A stretch of DNA of 64,000 nt from Lama glama (lineage: Eukaryota), in the NCBI GenBank assembly GCA_028534125.1, contig CM052823.1, positions 83,266,001 to 83,330,000 on the forward strand, in the 5' to 3' direction. The notes under the pieces were generated by a model. It searched no databases, was not told the DNA's origin, and saw only the letters and a program-made list of their open reading frames with translations. A program made the position numbers and the translations under genes. Positions 12,049 through 24,989 of this stretch are shown here, in pieces. How positions within the stretch are numbered: position 1 is the first letter of the stretch; each line of letters opens with the position of its first letter.

Positions 12049-13645
12049 GGAATTTGGTCGGTGGGGAGGCTCTCTCCATCAGATCTCAATGTCCTCAGGC
12101 AGCCGACTTAAGAGTGTCTCTACCCTTCAAGGTCACCTTGAAGGGAGCTTCTAAGGGAGGTTTAATGGACTTCATGATTGTGTAACATGTCACTTCCGAT
12201 TTAGGAAGAAGAGATGGTCCTGCCAAACTGGAGTTAGAAGAGGTCTTGTCCGTCAACCATGTACGTGCCCGGCATGTAATATATGGTCGATAAACGGTAG
12301 TTGTAGTAGAGGATGGGAGTGATGGTTGTCATTGTCAGTATCTCCATCCAGACTTGGTTGTTGACTTTAAAAATGCTGTCTGTCTGAACCTATTCTTTTC
12401 TCACTTTTACCCCCAGAGCAAATCATTTCAAGGAGCCACGGAGCTGTGCAAAGTCGTTTGTCAGTCTAGGTCACAGTAAGCAAAGAAGCATGACAAAGCC
12501 AGGTCTTACCCATGGCACCCAGGGCTGCCAGTGTTTACACATTGCATCCTGAGACCACCATGTAAAACACGTCCTCTTAAGTTGTCCAGTATACCATCCG
12601 CACAATCTTATTCAGCCACCTCCCTCAGTGTCCTAGAGTCTCATCTGACAGATGGAACATAGTGATGGGTGTCTGCAGCCCAGGGTCATGTTCATTATTA
12701 AGTGAAGGTGAGCACTGCACCTCCAGGCAAGTAGACACGGCAACTCAGGCAGTGATGGGAGAACAGGACCAGAGTTCGGCCACCATCGGAGAGGGCTCTC
12801 AGGAGTTTGCTCAGGTGTGCTGGGGTGGAGGACTGGCTCCAGCCCTGGCAGGTGGAAGACAGTCATAGTTTAAGCAGAATGGCAGTCAGGCCACCCAGGC
12901 ACATCAGGGCCCTAGGTAGCTACCTTTGGGAGGCTGGGGGTTGGAGGAGGGCAGGGCAGCCTCAAACACACCTCAGGTCCCACCTAGTGGTGGGACAAGG
13001 GCTTCTGATGTGCTGGCGGGTTAGGCCAAGGTGTGTCAGCTCCATAGCATTTTAAACCTGGCAAATCCACCCAATCATCAGGCCCCTGCTGAGTCACAAG
13101 CACCAGCAGCTGTCTGAGGCATCCGTGCATAAGTCCCCTTCCTTCTTGCTTCCACGGGTGCCTCTTCCTACCTGATGACTCTCACTGGCACTTCCTCCTG
13201 ACCTCAGCCTTCCCACACTGTCTCCCATTCTTCCTGCTCCCTTGGAATGGCCTCAGCACCACTGGCCCGTCACTGAGCTGACTGGCTACCCACCTCTACC
13301 GCTCAGCCCCATCCATGCTCAGCAGGCAGGGAAGAGCCAAGTCTGCCAGAGAGGGTCCTCAGGGTCCGCTGCTAGTCAGGGCATGTGGAGAATGAAGAAA
13401 GGAAATACTAAATACAGAATCCCACATGCGTAAGTCGTCAGCATTTTCGGAGGGCTCGCTCACCTAATGAGGAAGGAGGGAGCATCTCCCAGCCTCCCCC
13501 AGTGTTGGTACTTTAGGGGAGGAGACTTTCTACCCTGAAGACTAGGGAGTTTGAGCAGTCCCCCACTTTGAGGGCAGTCTTGCAGGGACTGCTTCAGACC
13601 TGCATCTCTACCCTCCACTGCTTGCTAGGTCCTTGCATGGGAGGG

Positions 13646-14290
13646 TGAAACCCAGGAGGACCCTGCAGGGCCCTCCCAGGGCCAGACCCTTTCCCCTCTA
13701 AGTATCCCCACCTCTTGTTTGTTTAAAAAAAAAAAAACAACTTTGGCCTCCTATGCCTTCCCCTGAGTTCCAAAGGGCAAATTTAATCAGAGAAGGAAGA
13801 AAATGCACAAAGGAAAATAGTCAAGTAGCACAAAATAAGAAGAGTTCAGCCATAAAACAAAGCCAAGGACCTTTAGTTCCTCCTCAAGGGCTACAGAGAA
13901 CACCCGGAGCCGTGTCCTTGAGTTGTCCCGCAGACACTAACCCCGCCCCCACCCAGATGGAAGAAGTTGACTGCTGACCACCAGCACCAAGAGCCCAGAC
14001 TGGTTCAAACCAAAAGGCTGATGATTAAGATTCTGGAAACATCACCCTGTCACCACACCACCAGCCAATCAGAGAGTTGTGCATGAGCTGTCACATACCC
14101 TGTGACCCTCACCCTTACAATGTCTTTAAAAACCCTTCCCTGAAAGCCACGGGGGAGTTCGGGTCTTGTGAGCACGAGCTGCCCGTACTCCTTGCTTGGT
14201 GCCTGCGATTAACTAAACTTTCCTCCGTGGTATCAGCAGACTGGCTTGGTTGCACATGGGGCGAGGAGCCCTGAGTTCAGTTGCGTAACC
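13646..14290 (+). mobile_element. ERV1-class solo LTR (~645 bp)
   Basis: starts TG (tgaaacccagg), ends ...gttcagttgcgtaacc (near the canonical ...taaca); 4-bp flanks aggg/gggg; internal CCAAT box (ccaatcaga, ~14066), TATA-like tttaaaaac (~14125), decayed poly(A) signal region (~14208); no internal gag/pol sequence beside it. Confidence 0.8.
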
Positions 14291-14615
14291 GGGGCCGTGC
14301 CTGATGGGCTGGGTAGGAGCCTGGCCATCACTGGGCATGACCGCTACGGCAGCAGTGCTGTCCTCCCACACAGCCTTCCGGGCCACCTCCCTCTCTTATG
14401 CTGGCCTCTGTCCAGGGCAGGATCAAATCTGGTTTCTGCCTTCACGTGGTCTTCATGCCCTGACGTTGGCCATGTCTGCGGTTCCAGCTGCTTGTGCCTG
14501 GGCTGGGGGTCGGGTAACGGGGACTGGGAGTCTGACCACAAAGTGGAGATGGGAGGCCTCATTTAGATTGACGTGACTGAGTCTTGTGTTTTACTACCCC
14601 TTACTAGAGAAGTCC

Positions 14616-14620
<5 letters not shown>

Positions 14621-14657
<37 letters not shown>
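14621..14657 (+). repeat. (TG)18 microsatellite
   Basis: perfect TG dinucleotide run. Confidence 0.98.
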
Positions 14658-14658
<1 letters not shown>

Positions 14659-14849
14659 AATGCATTCGTTTAATAAAGTAACAAAGCGCTCTGTCCCCAC
14701 TGAGCTATGACTTCTCTTGGTAGGGCACCTTCATCCAGGAATCTATCTGAGTGAAGTGAGGGAGTGAATTTGGGAGAAATCCCATCTCGACCCCTCTTCT
14801 CAACTGAGCAGAACGTCCTATGAATCAGAGAGGGCAGATATAATTAGCT

Positions 14850-14970
14850 TTGGTTCTGAGATGAGCAGCCTCGGGTCCACCTGACTTTAGTGAGGTTAAT
14901 GGATTTTCCCAAAGTCCCCATGCAACCGAGCAGAGCTGTGCCTTGACCCGAGTCTTCCAAATCTAAACCT
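14850..14970 (-). mobile_element. MIR fragment
   Basis: gtgaggttaatggattttcccaaagtcccc...gcagagctgtgccttgacccgagtcttccaaatct. Confidence 0.55.
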
Positions 14971-15327
14971 CCCTCTCTCTCCTCATCACCGCGGCTTCCA
15001 CGGTGAGCAGACATCAGTGCCCCTCTCTGCCTCAACAGGCATACTCAGTGGAGAAGCAAGAAGACATTCTCTCCAAGGCAGGAAAGATCCAGTATCACCC
15101 TCATGGTTTGGGGGAACCACTGGGCTCCTTAAGCAGCCAGGCAGCCCGAAAACATCCAAAGGCAGGAAGTCATCGTGTTGTTACCCTGCGGGGGCAGCTG
15201 GAAGGCTGTGTCAAGGCTTGTTCTCATCTCAAGGAAGCTCAGTCCTCACGCTTCTGGTCTCCCTAGTACCCGAAGTCTCCTTTCCACAGAAGAAAGTCCC
15301 TGGAGGTGTGAAGGGATCAGGAGGGCT

Positions 15328-15502
15328 GTAGTCCCATGCTTCACAAACCCCATTCATGAGAATCAGCTGGAAGGCGGGTTAATGCAGACTGCTGGGTCTG
15401 ACCCCCAAGTTCCCGGGAGTAGGGCCAAGGACTGGCATTTCTAACATGTGCCCCAGCGGTGCTGAAGCCACTGGGTGAGGGACCACTGTCTGAGGACCAC
15501 TG
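15328..15502 (+). mobile_element. MER5A hAT-Charlie DNA transposon
   Basis: gagaatcagctggaagg...aatgcagactgctggg...gcatttctaacatgtgccccagcggtgctgaagc...ggaccactgtctgaggaccactg. Confidence 0.8.
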
Positions 15503-17197
15503 ACATGCAGTGGCTGGTCTTTTCCCAGGGCGTGGCTAACTGGTCCACACACAACAGATGTTTATCGAGAAGCATCAAGGAGGGCATTCAAGGATCACCT
15601 TAACAACACCATTTAAGCAGCTTATGTCTTCAGCTTTGTTTTAGACCCAGTGTGGTGTAAGTTAGATAAATGCCTCTGCCATTTAGAAACACAGAAGCTA
15701 AAGACAGACACGATTCATGTGGACAGGCACAGAGAGATAATACTAGCATATTCCGATTATAAAAATGCCCCAGAATAAAACAAAAGGCTTACACTGGGGG
15801 ACTGCAAGCTTCCCTGGGAGGCCTCCGAAGATGGTGCCTTCTCATTTTCAGGGATACCATCAAGAGCTGGATCACTGAGCAGCTGTTACAACTGTGTTAA
15901 TCACACGCCTCAGGTCAGACCGGGCTGCTCCGACCTACTGACACGTGAGTCCTTGACCTGCACAGAGTGGCTGCAACAGGCAGAACTGGCTGCAGAAGGC
16001 AGGGACAGAAATGGGTTTAAATGTCGAGGCTCGTGGTAACAAAGATCCATGAACTATGGAGCCACACAGAGGAATCGTCAGCCTGATGATCATTTTTCTC
16101 TACCTCCTCCCTTGCTTGTTCAAAGAAAAGAGCCCTTAATTGCTTCTTGAACTACACACAAGTGGGCCGTTGACTGTGGCTGTAATTCAGCAAGGAGAAG
16201 CAAGGAAAGCTCTCAAACAGATTTTGTTGGGGCAGTGACTTAAACGGAGAGAGCACTGCAGTGGGATGAGCAGGCACAGGGCACTGCTAAGCAGAACAGC
16301 TCGGGATGCTGTCAGCAGCTGAAGTAAGCTTTAATTGTAGGTGATACCAGTGTGGTCGAGGGGGATGTGTTTTTAAGTGCAGAGGGGGTGAGAAGGAGGA
16401 AGAGAGGGAGGGAGTCAGTTTAGAAGGAGATCCCATTATGGATGACCTAATGGATTCAGATCTGTAATGAAAAAGATGCTGTTTAAGGAAAAACTGAAAG
16501 ATTCTGCCTTTGGACATTTCGTCTTTACCATCCTTCCACACCCACGTCCCAGGTACGCCATCACAGCTTGTGCGGTCGGAGTCGTGTCCTTCAGTCTAGG
16601 ATGCACCTGCCTGGAAAGGGCTATGGACTTGGAGCGGCAGCAGCTGTCTGCCCGCACTGTTCAGCGCACCAGCTATTCCCGCACAAAGTCAAGGCCATCC
16701 CCGCATGGGGAGCGCAGCTACGGGGACTAGGAAAGGGATGCCGGGAACTCAGAAGCCTACCGCCAACTCCGTACCTTCTGTACACGTGTCTTTCTGTGTT
16801 TAGCTAAGAAGAATGCAGACCTTCCAAGGCAATCTCCTTTTCAAAAATATGCCTTCCTACTTCTCTGTGCTGCCAGGTCCCTGAAATAAAGATAAACGCC
16901 CAGCGCTTCTCTGCTGCCTCCCATCCCACTCCATCCAGAGATATCCCTTTCCTTAAAGGCCTGTTGCACTACCCTGCTGGCTGGCTCTTCTGTAGACCAG
17001 CCCTCTCGTGTGCCTGTCTCACACCCCCTGCACCGGGGGAGGGCAGAGCCAGGGCCCCCGCTTCTGCCCCCACCAGAGCGGCTAGCTCCCATCCTCGGTA
17101 ACACTGGACGGCAACCGCGTTTGCAAAGCAAGTCTCCGAGGGAGCAAACGACACGCGCTTTCTAGCAAAGCCATCCCTGGATATTAGGAAAAGCAGC

Positions 17198-17435
17198 TAT
17201 GATAATAATCAGCATCGACTGAGTACTAACTATGCACCGAGTACATATGAAGGGCTTTCAAAAGCTTCTCTCATTCAGCCCCAGTGATAACTTTACTAGC
17301 GGGTTCTACAATGATGCCCATTTCACAGAGAAGAAAACTGAGGCACAGAGAGAGTGAATACGGTACAGAAGTCGTCGTGGCAGCAGTAAGCTCATGATGT
17401 GAATCCAAATCTGAGTTCAGCATCCAAGCATTTAT
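17198..17435 (-). mobile_element. MIR SINE, near full length
   Basis: ataataatcagcatcgactgagtactaactatgcacc...cccatttcacagagaagaaaactgaggcacagagag (antisense MIR core). Confidence 0.88.
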
Positions 17436-18385
17436 ACGCTATTTATGGCTTGTCTACACCAGGACAATTGGAAGGAGGCTACGGGTTTTAAAACATCCAT
17501 CTACCTGAGAGAATTGGGTGTTTAAATGTCTCCTCCATGTTGGGCAATGAGCTGGCTGCTCCTTAACACATTACTTCTCAACCTCACCACAACTATCAGA
17601 GGGGAGCCGTTCTAGCCGCGTTTAACAAACAAGAAAACCCTGAGTCCACGTGACCGAATGACTCGCCCACACGTCCACTGGAGGGAGGTACAGGAAATTT
17701 AATTAGAAAGCCCCCATGCCTCCCGCTTCTGCCTTCTTGGCGCCTCTTGTCCAAGATCCCTTATTAACTGACTGCAGATTTATTACCCTCATCCTTCTAA
17801 CTTGTACCAGAAATTATTAACTCTAATCCAGGACTCTTCTAAGACTATAACCTTGAAGATCTTAATATTTTCTAAGTATCAGAAATGATGCCACCAGTTC
17901 ACTTAGACCGTGTCTTCAAAACCCCATTAAAAAAGTACTTTTTAAAAAAGCAATAAAACAGAAATGTATTAACAGACCAATTAAGGAGAGGCAAGTGACT
18001 TATTTCATTACCAGATCTGAGATGCAGTTAGAGATTGTTGAGTTTATAAAACTTGTCCGTGGACATAAGCCTGCCTTTAATTTCCTGGTGGCAGGTCATT
18101 CTCTCTCCCTCTCAAGCCATTAGAATCCCTCCTGCAGAACCAAGTAGCACACCAAGATGTCCAGGGCCTCTTAACCGTGGCCAAATTTCTCAGGCGTCAA
18201 CTCGCTCATCTTCTACTGAGTCACCTACCCAGTTCAGGAGAGCTATGTGAAAAGTGCCCAATGGCATTTTGAATTCCTTCCAAGCTCTGACAAGAAAAAA
18301 AAGGGAGTAAGAGGCAGAGCAGCACTTCAGTTAGGAAGTGTTGACTGAGAAGGTGTCATGTCCCTAGTTCCATCCAGGATTTAGG

Positions 18386-18388
<3 letters not shown>

Positions 18389-18424
<36 letters not shown>
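18389..18424 (+). repeat. (AC)18 microsatellite
   Basis: perfect AC run. Confidence 0.98.
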
Positions 18425-18426
<2 letters not shown>

Positions 18427-18584
18427 TCCCTGGTCTGTCACAGGCACGGGAGGGGCACCTGAAGAACAACCCTGTTCCTCATCCCCAAAGAGCTGGCAGG
18501 GAGCTGGGGAGACGCTGGGACAATACAGAAAGGATGATCGAATTCCACGAGCTTCATTCACTCTTTCTGGCTGGGTCACTGCTG

Positions 18585-18682
18585 CTGGTGCTGAAGAGCT
18601 CACGTTCTGAATCACACTGGGTCTGAATTTGGCTCTGGTCCTTTACTTACTTTGCAAAGGGGAGCAAGTTATCCCACCTCTC
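18585..18682 (+). mobile_element. MIR 5' fragment
   Basis: gaagagctcacgttctgaatcacactgggtctgaatttggctctggtcctttacttac...gagcaagttatcccacctctc. Confidence 0.65.
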
Positions 18683-19189
18683 GGGGACAACAGTATTGCT
18701 AACAGGGTGGGACGGAGGAAGCCGATGTTGCGTAAAGAGGCCGGCAGGTGACCAGCACGGAGCCAGGACCACTGAAGTCAAGGGCAGCAGGCATTTGACG
18801 AGAAGGCAGCAGGCTGACCCGGCCCCAGCGCAGGCAGCTCAGGAAGCCACAGCTCCCAAGAGCTTCCCTGTCTTACTTCTCCAGGGCTCTGAACCCCTTC
18901 GCTTGGTTCTAACTTCCACTTTCCTCTCTCTGAACCCCAGGCAAACGTCACCGGGTTAACCTCTACTCATCCTTCAGCTTAGCCTCCACCTCCCTTTTCA
19001 TTGCTCCCTGACACTCCCTCTCCATCCCAAGAACGATCAGTCACCCCGGAAGCTCTCAGAGCACCTGAGCTCACCCGTATCTCTGCAGCTGTCACTCGCC
19101 TGAGAGAGTCCCAGCCTGCTGGCCTACGCCCCCTACCACACTGTACGAAGCGGGAAGGCAAGACCACGTACCAGGGCTCTCTCTCCAGC

Positions 19190-19253
19190 TCGCAGTTCAG
19201 TGACGGACAGTAGCAGGTGCTCCGTAATCGTGCTTAGAAGATGAATGAATGAA
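19190..19253 (+). mobile_element. L2 3' end
   Basis: acagtagcaggtgctccgtaat...gatgaatgaatgaa tail. Confidence 0.55.
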
Positions 19254-20177
19254 CGCAAATAGATACTGTGTCTAAACCTGCACAAATCTGCCCTTAACCA
19301 GAAGTGCTCGGCTCCAACGCGGCCTCGGATTCTGCTGTCCTGGCTTGTGTCTGGTGTCATGGCATCTCCTGACAGGTAGACATGGCTATGGTGTCACTTG
19401 AGGTCTTTCTACCAAGACATCAGCTGCCTGTCCTGCACACGGTGGGCAGAGCGCACGTTATGAGGTTTGGCTGACTGTCTCTTGACACGTTTACCGCTGG
19501 TGGATGTGGGTGTTAATGTGACTGCAATTCAGATGTTTATTCCAACGTCGAGCATAAATAAGCCTGGGAAGAATTCAAGTCAGGCTAACCATCGGTAACA
19601 GTATCTTCCTGCTCTCCCGGGAGCCGTTTCAGATTTTGGCTTCATCCCCACCCTGCATAAAGAGACTGGGATGGGGCTGCAGCTTCTAGAATTACAACCA
19701 TTTTGTCAACTTGTCATTTGCCTCACTGTCTGGCTGGTGCCTCTCCCTCTGGGTCCAGAGACATTTTGCACAGGAAGAAAGCAATAAAGCGAACACAGGG
19801 CCGACGAATTCTCCCATCTTCAAAGCACCTCGTTCTGTCCCACAGTACATACATATTTCTGGCAAGCACCATGGAGAGTCTCACATCTGTTACCTCCTGC
19901 ACTGCTGGGAATCAAAGCATTTGCCCCCAGGAGACGTTTTCTAAAGGCCCAAGGGCACCGGGCCATCTTATCCTCACTCCCTCGGTGAGCTTCCCTGACT
20001 ACCTGAAAATACCTAAAAAGGCTAACTTTGTCTGTTCCATATCGCCTTAAAAATAAGAGTACTCTTAACCTTTAGGGATTTATATTTGGAGAGGGAAATG
20101 AACTAGATACAGCTTATAAAAAAAAGGCAGGGGGTGAGTCATTTGTCAAATTATTTACAAGTTTGGGGGTGAAATAC

Positions 20178-20197
20178 ATATATATATATATATATAT
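20178..20197 (+). repeat. (AT)10 microsatellite
   Basis: perfect AT run. Confidence 0.95.
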
Positions 20198-22640
20198 TTG
20201 CGGATACTGATGAATAGGAACTGATCCGTTTCATGACTTCTCGGTGTTTATAACTTTCTTGGTTATATTTTACTTTTCAAAGAAAACTGAGTGGAGCCCA
20301 AAGCAGGTGCTAAAAACATACATGGTTAATAGTAACCAGAATTTACAATCTGTAATTCATTAGAATTAGACTGGGAATAATAACTAAAATGCTAGAAAAT
20401 CGGAAGCCAGAAGACTTCTAGTTAGATTTCAGCTTTATCACTTATTTCCAAAACAAGAGGGTGACACACAGTCACCTCACAGATTTGCTGGGATGATCAC
20501 GTGTAAAAGAATTTTGTAAAGGGCTGTACGTCCTCGTAGTCAATGAGATCTTTCTAGTTCCTCATCATGACTGAAGGGCAAATGCCAAAAGGGCTGCTCT
20601 TTCAGAGAAAGAGTTACACCAAGATTTTTTTTAAATGTTAAATTATGTTTATAAATAAGTCTCCATCCATCATTTCTTTCGGTTTCTTTTGGCTAGGACA
20701 TTCTCCAGTCCTAAGAGAAAAGGTACAATGCAAGCAATGTACTTGGTCAGTTTAATATGGAGTTAATATTGTTGTCATTAGAAGAAGCTTAGAAAGGATC
20801 CAATTCCAACCCAACCCACTCATCTGGCCAAGGCGGAAAGGGAGGCAGAGAGAGGCTGAATGAAGCCCCCGAGATGGCATACAGAATCATGGCCCAGGTC
20901 TGCGTGGAAGGGCCCCTCACTCGCACAGTGCTTCTCGTCTGCAGGGCTCCATGCTCCACAAAACCTTCCTTTTCAGCTTTCCACATGAAGCCAGCATCAG
21001 AGACCAGAAAAGCATCCCTCTCAGAAAGGTGTGGAATCGCTGTGAGAAGCTGAGCCCGACAGCTGTGGGTAGTGCCTGCCGCTTCCCCAGAGGATGCGTT
21101 TTCGGTGCCTCCCCACCAGGCAGGCAGGCAGGCAGGACTCAAGTCCCTTCCCTGAGGCCGGACATGGCTTCCCTCTCCACCCCCTCAAGCATCTCAAAAA
21201 AAAGACTTTCTCTCGCTCTCTCTTTTTTTTTTTTTTTAAAGGAGAACAAGTTTATTAGCATCAAGGGCCCTTTTTTTCCCACACCGCATTCAGACATCCA
21301 GGTCTGGGGTCCTCGGTCATTTGCCAGGTTCAACCTGAGGCCACTGGGGCGGCTGGCCCCCAAGAACATGAGTGTCCAGGTGACACACAGTCAAAAACCA
21401 GCTGCAACAACAGTGACCATATTATCAACATTTCAGGCAGAATCCGAAGGGAAAGATCCAGATTACACAATGCCTAGTTCCAGGAGATACCAGAGGAAAG
21501 AGGGGAGTGTTCCTTATCTCACTGGGGCCTGAAACAACAGTTCCCCAACACACAGATGCACACAGCCACGGACCTTCTGGAATGGGCTCATTCGTTTCTT
21601 GCCCTTCCAGAACTGAAGCTGGAAGTCTGTGTCCAAACCCCTGCATAGCTCACAAAATCCTAGGGTGCAGCGACAACCCCAGAGTACACTGTGGCCAGCA
21701 ACCTCTGTTGCAGTGTTTGGTCATCTGGGAAAGGACTCGGCAGTGTTGGAACACTCAAGGGGAACATCAGGGACGAGAAGGGAAGCCACCTCGGCCCGCA
21801 CGTCCCTCCACCTTCCCCAAGCGCTCGCTCTCTCTCTCTCGTGGGGATTGCTCCTCCCCGGGGAATACAACAGAGTCGGTCTCATTACGCAGGACACAGA
21901 GAAGATGGCAGTATGCAGACCCCTCCTGAAGATCAGAGCCGAAAGCTAAATAATAGAGAACACAAAAATGAAGGATAACTCAGGAGTCACTTCTGTCTGG
22001 CTCAGCGTGATGTTAACAGCACACACAAACGCCCCGAGCCGCCCCTGCACGGCAAGCCTGGGGCTGTTTCCACCCCTTCCCAGTTCAAGGAGCGATCGAA
22101 GATGCAGCTCGAACTGGGTGGAAGTGGGCAAAAGGCTCCCCACCAGGGATGAGTCCCCGCCGTCCCCCGAAGCGAGAGACACCCAAGTGTGTCACTTCAG
22201 GCAGGCCCCAGGCAGGGCTGTGTAGGCTGCGCCTCTCACTCAAATTTTCTGCTCAGCCTCTCAGTGAAGGTGAGCAAATTATTTCCTCTCTCGACTTTAG
22301 AGAGCTCTGGTCTATTTAGCTTTTCAGGGTTCACTGGGAAAGCACAAGATTCTTCTGGACTCTATTAGCCATGCTTGTGGGAAGCCTGTGAGGCCGGATG
22401 CGCACCCCACACGGCAGCAGCAGACCTCCCAGGTACCAACCGCACACACCCAAAGTCACAAAGTGAGGGCAAATTCCCCAGCCTCTCTGGGAGAAACACC
22501 ACACTGACTTGCTGAGGTCTCTTCCTCAAGGCCAAGGATAATCACAGGAGATGGCTGACACACTCGACCTTTTTTAGACATGCCTAGATACTGGGAAATA
22601 TCCCACATTTTTCTTTGGGACTCGCCGTATCTTTTAAGGC

Positions 22641-22659
22641 GTGTGTGTGTGTGTGTGTG
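22641..22659 (+). repeat. (GT)9 microsatellite
   Basis: perfect GT run. Confidence 0.95.
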
Positions 22660-22950
22660 ATTTTCTAAATTTCAAGTTGTCTATTGCCAGTTTGAGCTCT
22701 CTTGGCAGAACCTTCAAGTGTTCTCAGTAACAGATGCCTGGAGAAGAAGGATGCTAGGCGTTCTGCAACAGAGCAGTGCAGAGAGTTGGCGAAGCAGCTG
22801 CTCTGCTCTAGTCACTGTGTATCCAACTCCACCACAAGTGTTTAGGAAACAGATCATTCCGAAGCCTATACCACCTATTCAAAATTCAGGCCCTTTTAGT
22901 TCCACTCGTTTTTTTCCCCCGTGCTGTTTGTTTTCGGCCATGCATCTTAG

Positions 22951-23085
22951 NNNNNNNNNNNNNNNNNNNNNNNNNNNNNNNNNNNNNNNNNNNNNNNNNN
23001 NNNNNNNNNNNNNNNNNNNNNNNNNNNNNNNNNNNNNNNNNNNNNNNNNNNNNNNNNNNNNNNNNNNNNNNNNNNNNNNNNNNNN
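22951..23085. other. assembly gap (N run)
   Basis: run of n. Confidence 1.
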
Positions 23086-23520
23086 GATTGCACTGACATG
23101 ATGGTAACGGGGGGGAGCCCATTTCCTCCTGCCCCTCCTCCTTCCCTCCCCCCTTGTTGCTAAGCTCAGCGAGGATGCCCTAGGCTGCTGTTTATTTAAA
23201 AGAGGAAGTTCGACAGCAGGGTCACCAGGCTTTTGAATGGACACAGGCTGCCCAGGGTAGGAGGAGAGCTGGCAGTCACAAACCCTTCCATTTCTCCTCC
23301 AACCCAGCACCCCTCCACCACGGCACCAGTGGTGGTCCGAAGTCACCACTCTGTCCAGGGACCCTGGCTTCCCTGCACGCAGTCCACCCAGATTGGCACT
23401 GAACTAGGAATCAGACCACCACATCCTGCCCCCAGCTTGCTGATTTATGGTGGGCAATTGCTCTCAATTTCCATAACCATAAAAATGGACTCAACACATC
23501 TGACTGAATGGTGAATCAGG

Positions 23521-23669
23521 CAGTACTCTGCAAACTTTACTATGCATAATAATCACCTGGAGGCCTTAGTAAGACAGATTCCTTGGCCTGCCTGCAAATT
23601 TGCATTTCTAACATGCTCCCCAGTGATGCGGATGGAGCAGGTCTGAGGACCACACTTTGAGAACCACTG
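23521..23669 (+). mobile_element. MER5A hAT-Charlie DNA transposon (internally deleted)
   Basis: cagtactctgcaaacttt...aatcacctggaggccttagtaagacagatt...tgcatttctaacatgctccccagtgatgc...ggaccacactttgagaaccactg; both termini present. Confidence 0.9.
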
Positions 23670-24792
23670 GCCCTAGGTGTCTTCCAACCCAAAATAACCC
23701 ACTGTTCTATCCCCACATCCACTGGCACCTGAGACGTCCCAACTATCTGGCCCTGTGACAAACGTCACAGGCCTCTGCCACACTTACAGTTGCTCTTTTG
23801 CCCCCAACTTTTGGTCACATGTTTGCAAAGACAAGCAGCAAAGATATGGGTGAGAAGGGCTGCTGGCTTAACTTGAAGCTGTCAGCAGAGGCCACGCCTG
23901 TGGGGGCATCCTGAAAGCCACCTGAAATTACAAGATGGAAATAACCTGAAATAGCAAAGAAGGAACACGAATATACCATGGAGGCTACACTTGCCTACGT
24001 TGCTGTCCTGGATCATACTTTTGCCAACTGCGGACGTCACCAGGAACAGTGTGATGTAAATTCAGTGTTCTCACTCACTGTTTGGAGAGGCATAAAAAAT
24101 AACTCCGAAGCAATATAAAAAGAAGTATTACAAGGTACACTCTCAGATATTTACCTGGCTCCTAGCTCGGTAATCCTTTTCAAACCGTGAAACCAGAAAC
24201 CTTTCGGGCACACAGCAACCTGACCATCCCCCATGTGGTATCTAGAACGCCCTGCGTGTGTCCATTTTTACAATGATGTGGCCTGGAGCGAAACAGAGAA
24301 AGCACTGGGTGGTGATGCTGGGATTATGTCTAAGAGGAATTCTGATTCTAAGCTCCTGCACTCGGAAGCTTATTCAGAAATATTTAGCTCAATATTTCTG
24401 CTCATCTGAAACTCTACTTATTCAAATGCAACAGCTCATGCTAAGACAGTCTTAAAAGAGAACTTAGAGAAAATAACTCAGGGCAATGCCACCAGCTCAG
24501 TGTTACTCCCCTCCTCTCTGAAACGTTGTGCTGGAGTGAGCCACTGCTATTAGGAGCACATGATACGCATTTGATGGAATATAATCAAATAAATATTAAG
24601 AATCCTGGCACTGGGATCAAGAATAAAATTCTGATTTACAATTTCATCTTGCAACTTAAACTTTGATTTGACCACTTTAGAAAATGCCAAACAGAACGGG
24701 AGTCAGGTAAGAGGTCCATTCCCAAAAGGTCTGAAAAGGTTTATTCCCACAATTTCCCAGTAGCTTTGGGGGAAATCTGTTTTTGTTTGAAT

Positions 24793-24989
24793 CAGGGGTT
24801 AACGACAGCCTGCTGCCTATTTTTGAAAATAGAGTTTTACTGGAACGCAGTCACTCTCATTTGTTTACATACTGCCCCCCCGCCCCCGTCACTCTACGAG
24901 ACCCGAGGAGCTGCTCAGAGACCATGTGACCTGGAGAGCCTAAAACATTTACTACCTGGTCCTTTATGGAAAAATTCTGCCAAACCCTG
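24793..24989 (+). mobile_element. MER58A-like hAT-Charlie DNA transposon
   Basis: caggggtt...gttttactggaacgcagtcactctcatttgtttacat...agcctaaaacatttactacctggtcctttatggaaaaattctgccaaaccctg; 8-bp TSD gtttgaat (24785-24792) / gtttaaat (24990-24997). Confidence 0.88.

Noticed and set aside
20951-21532. 193-aa + strand ORF
   Set aside because: It runs through (GGCA)n and a poly-T tract (FFFF), typical of non-coding sequence
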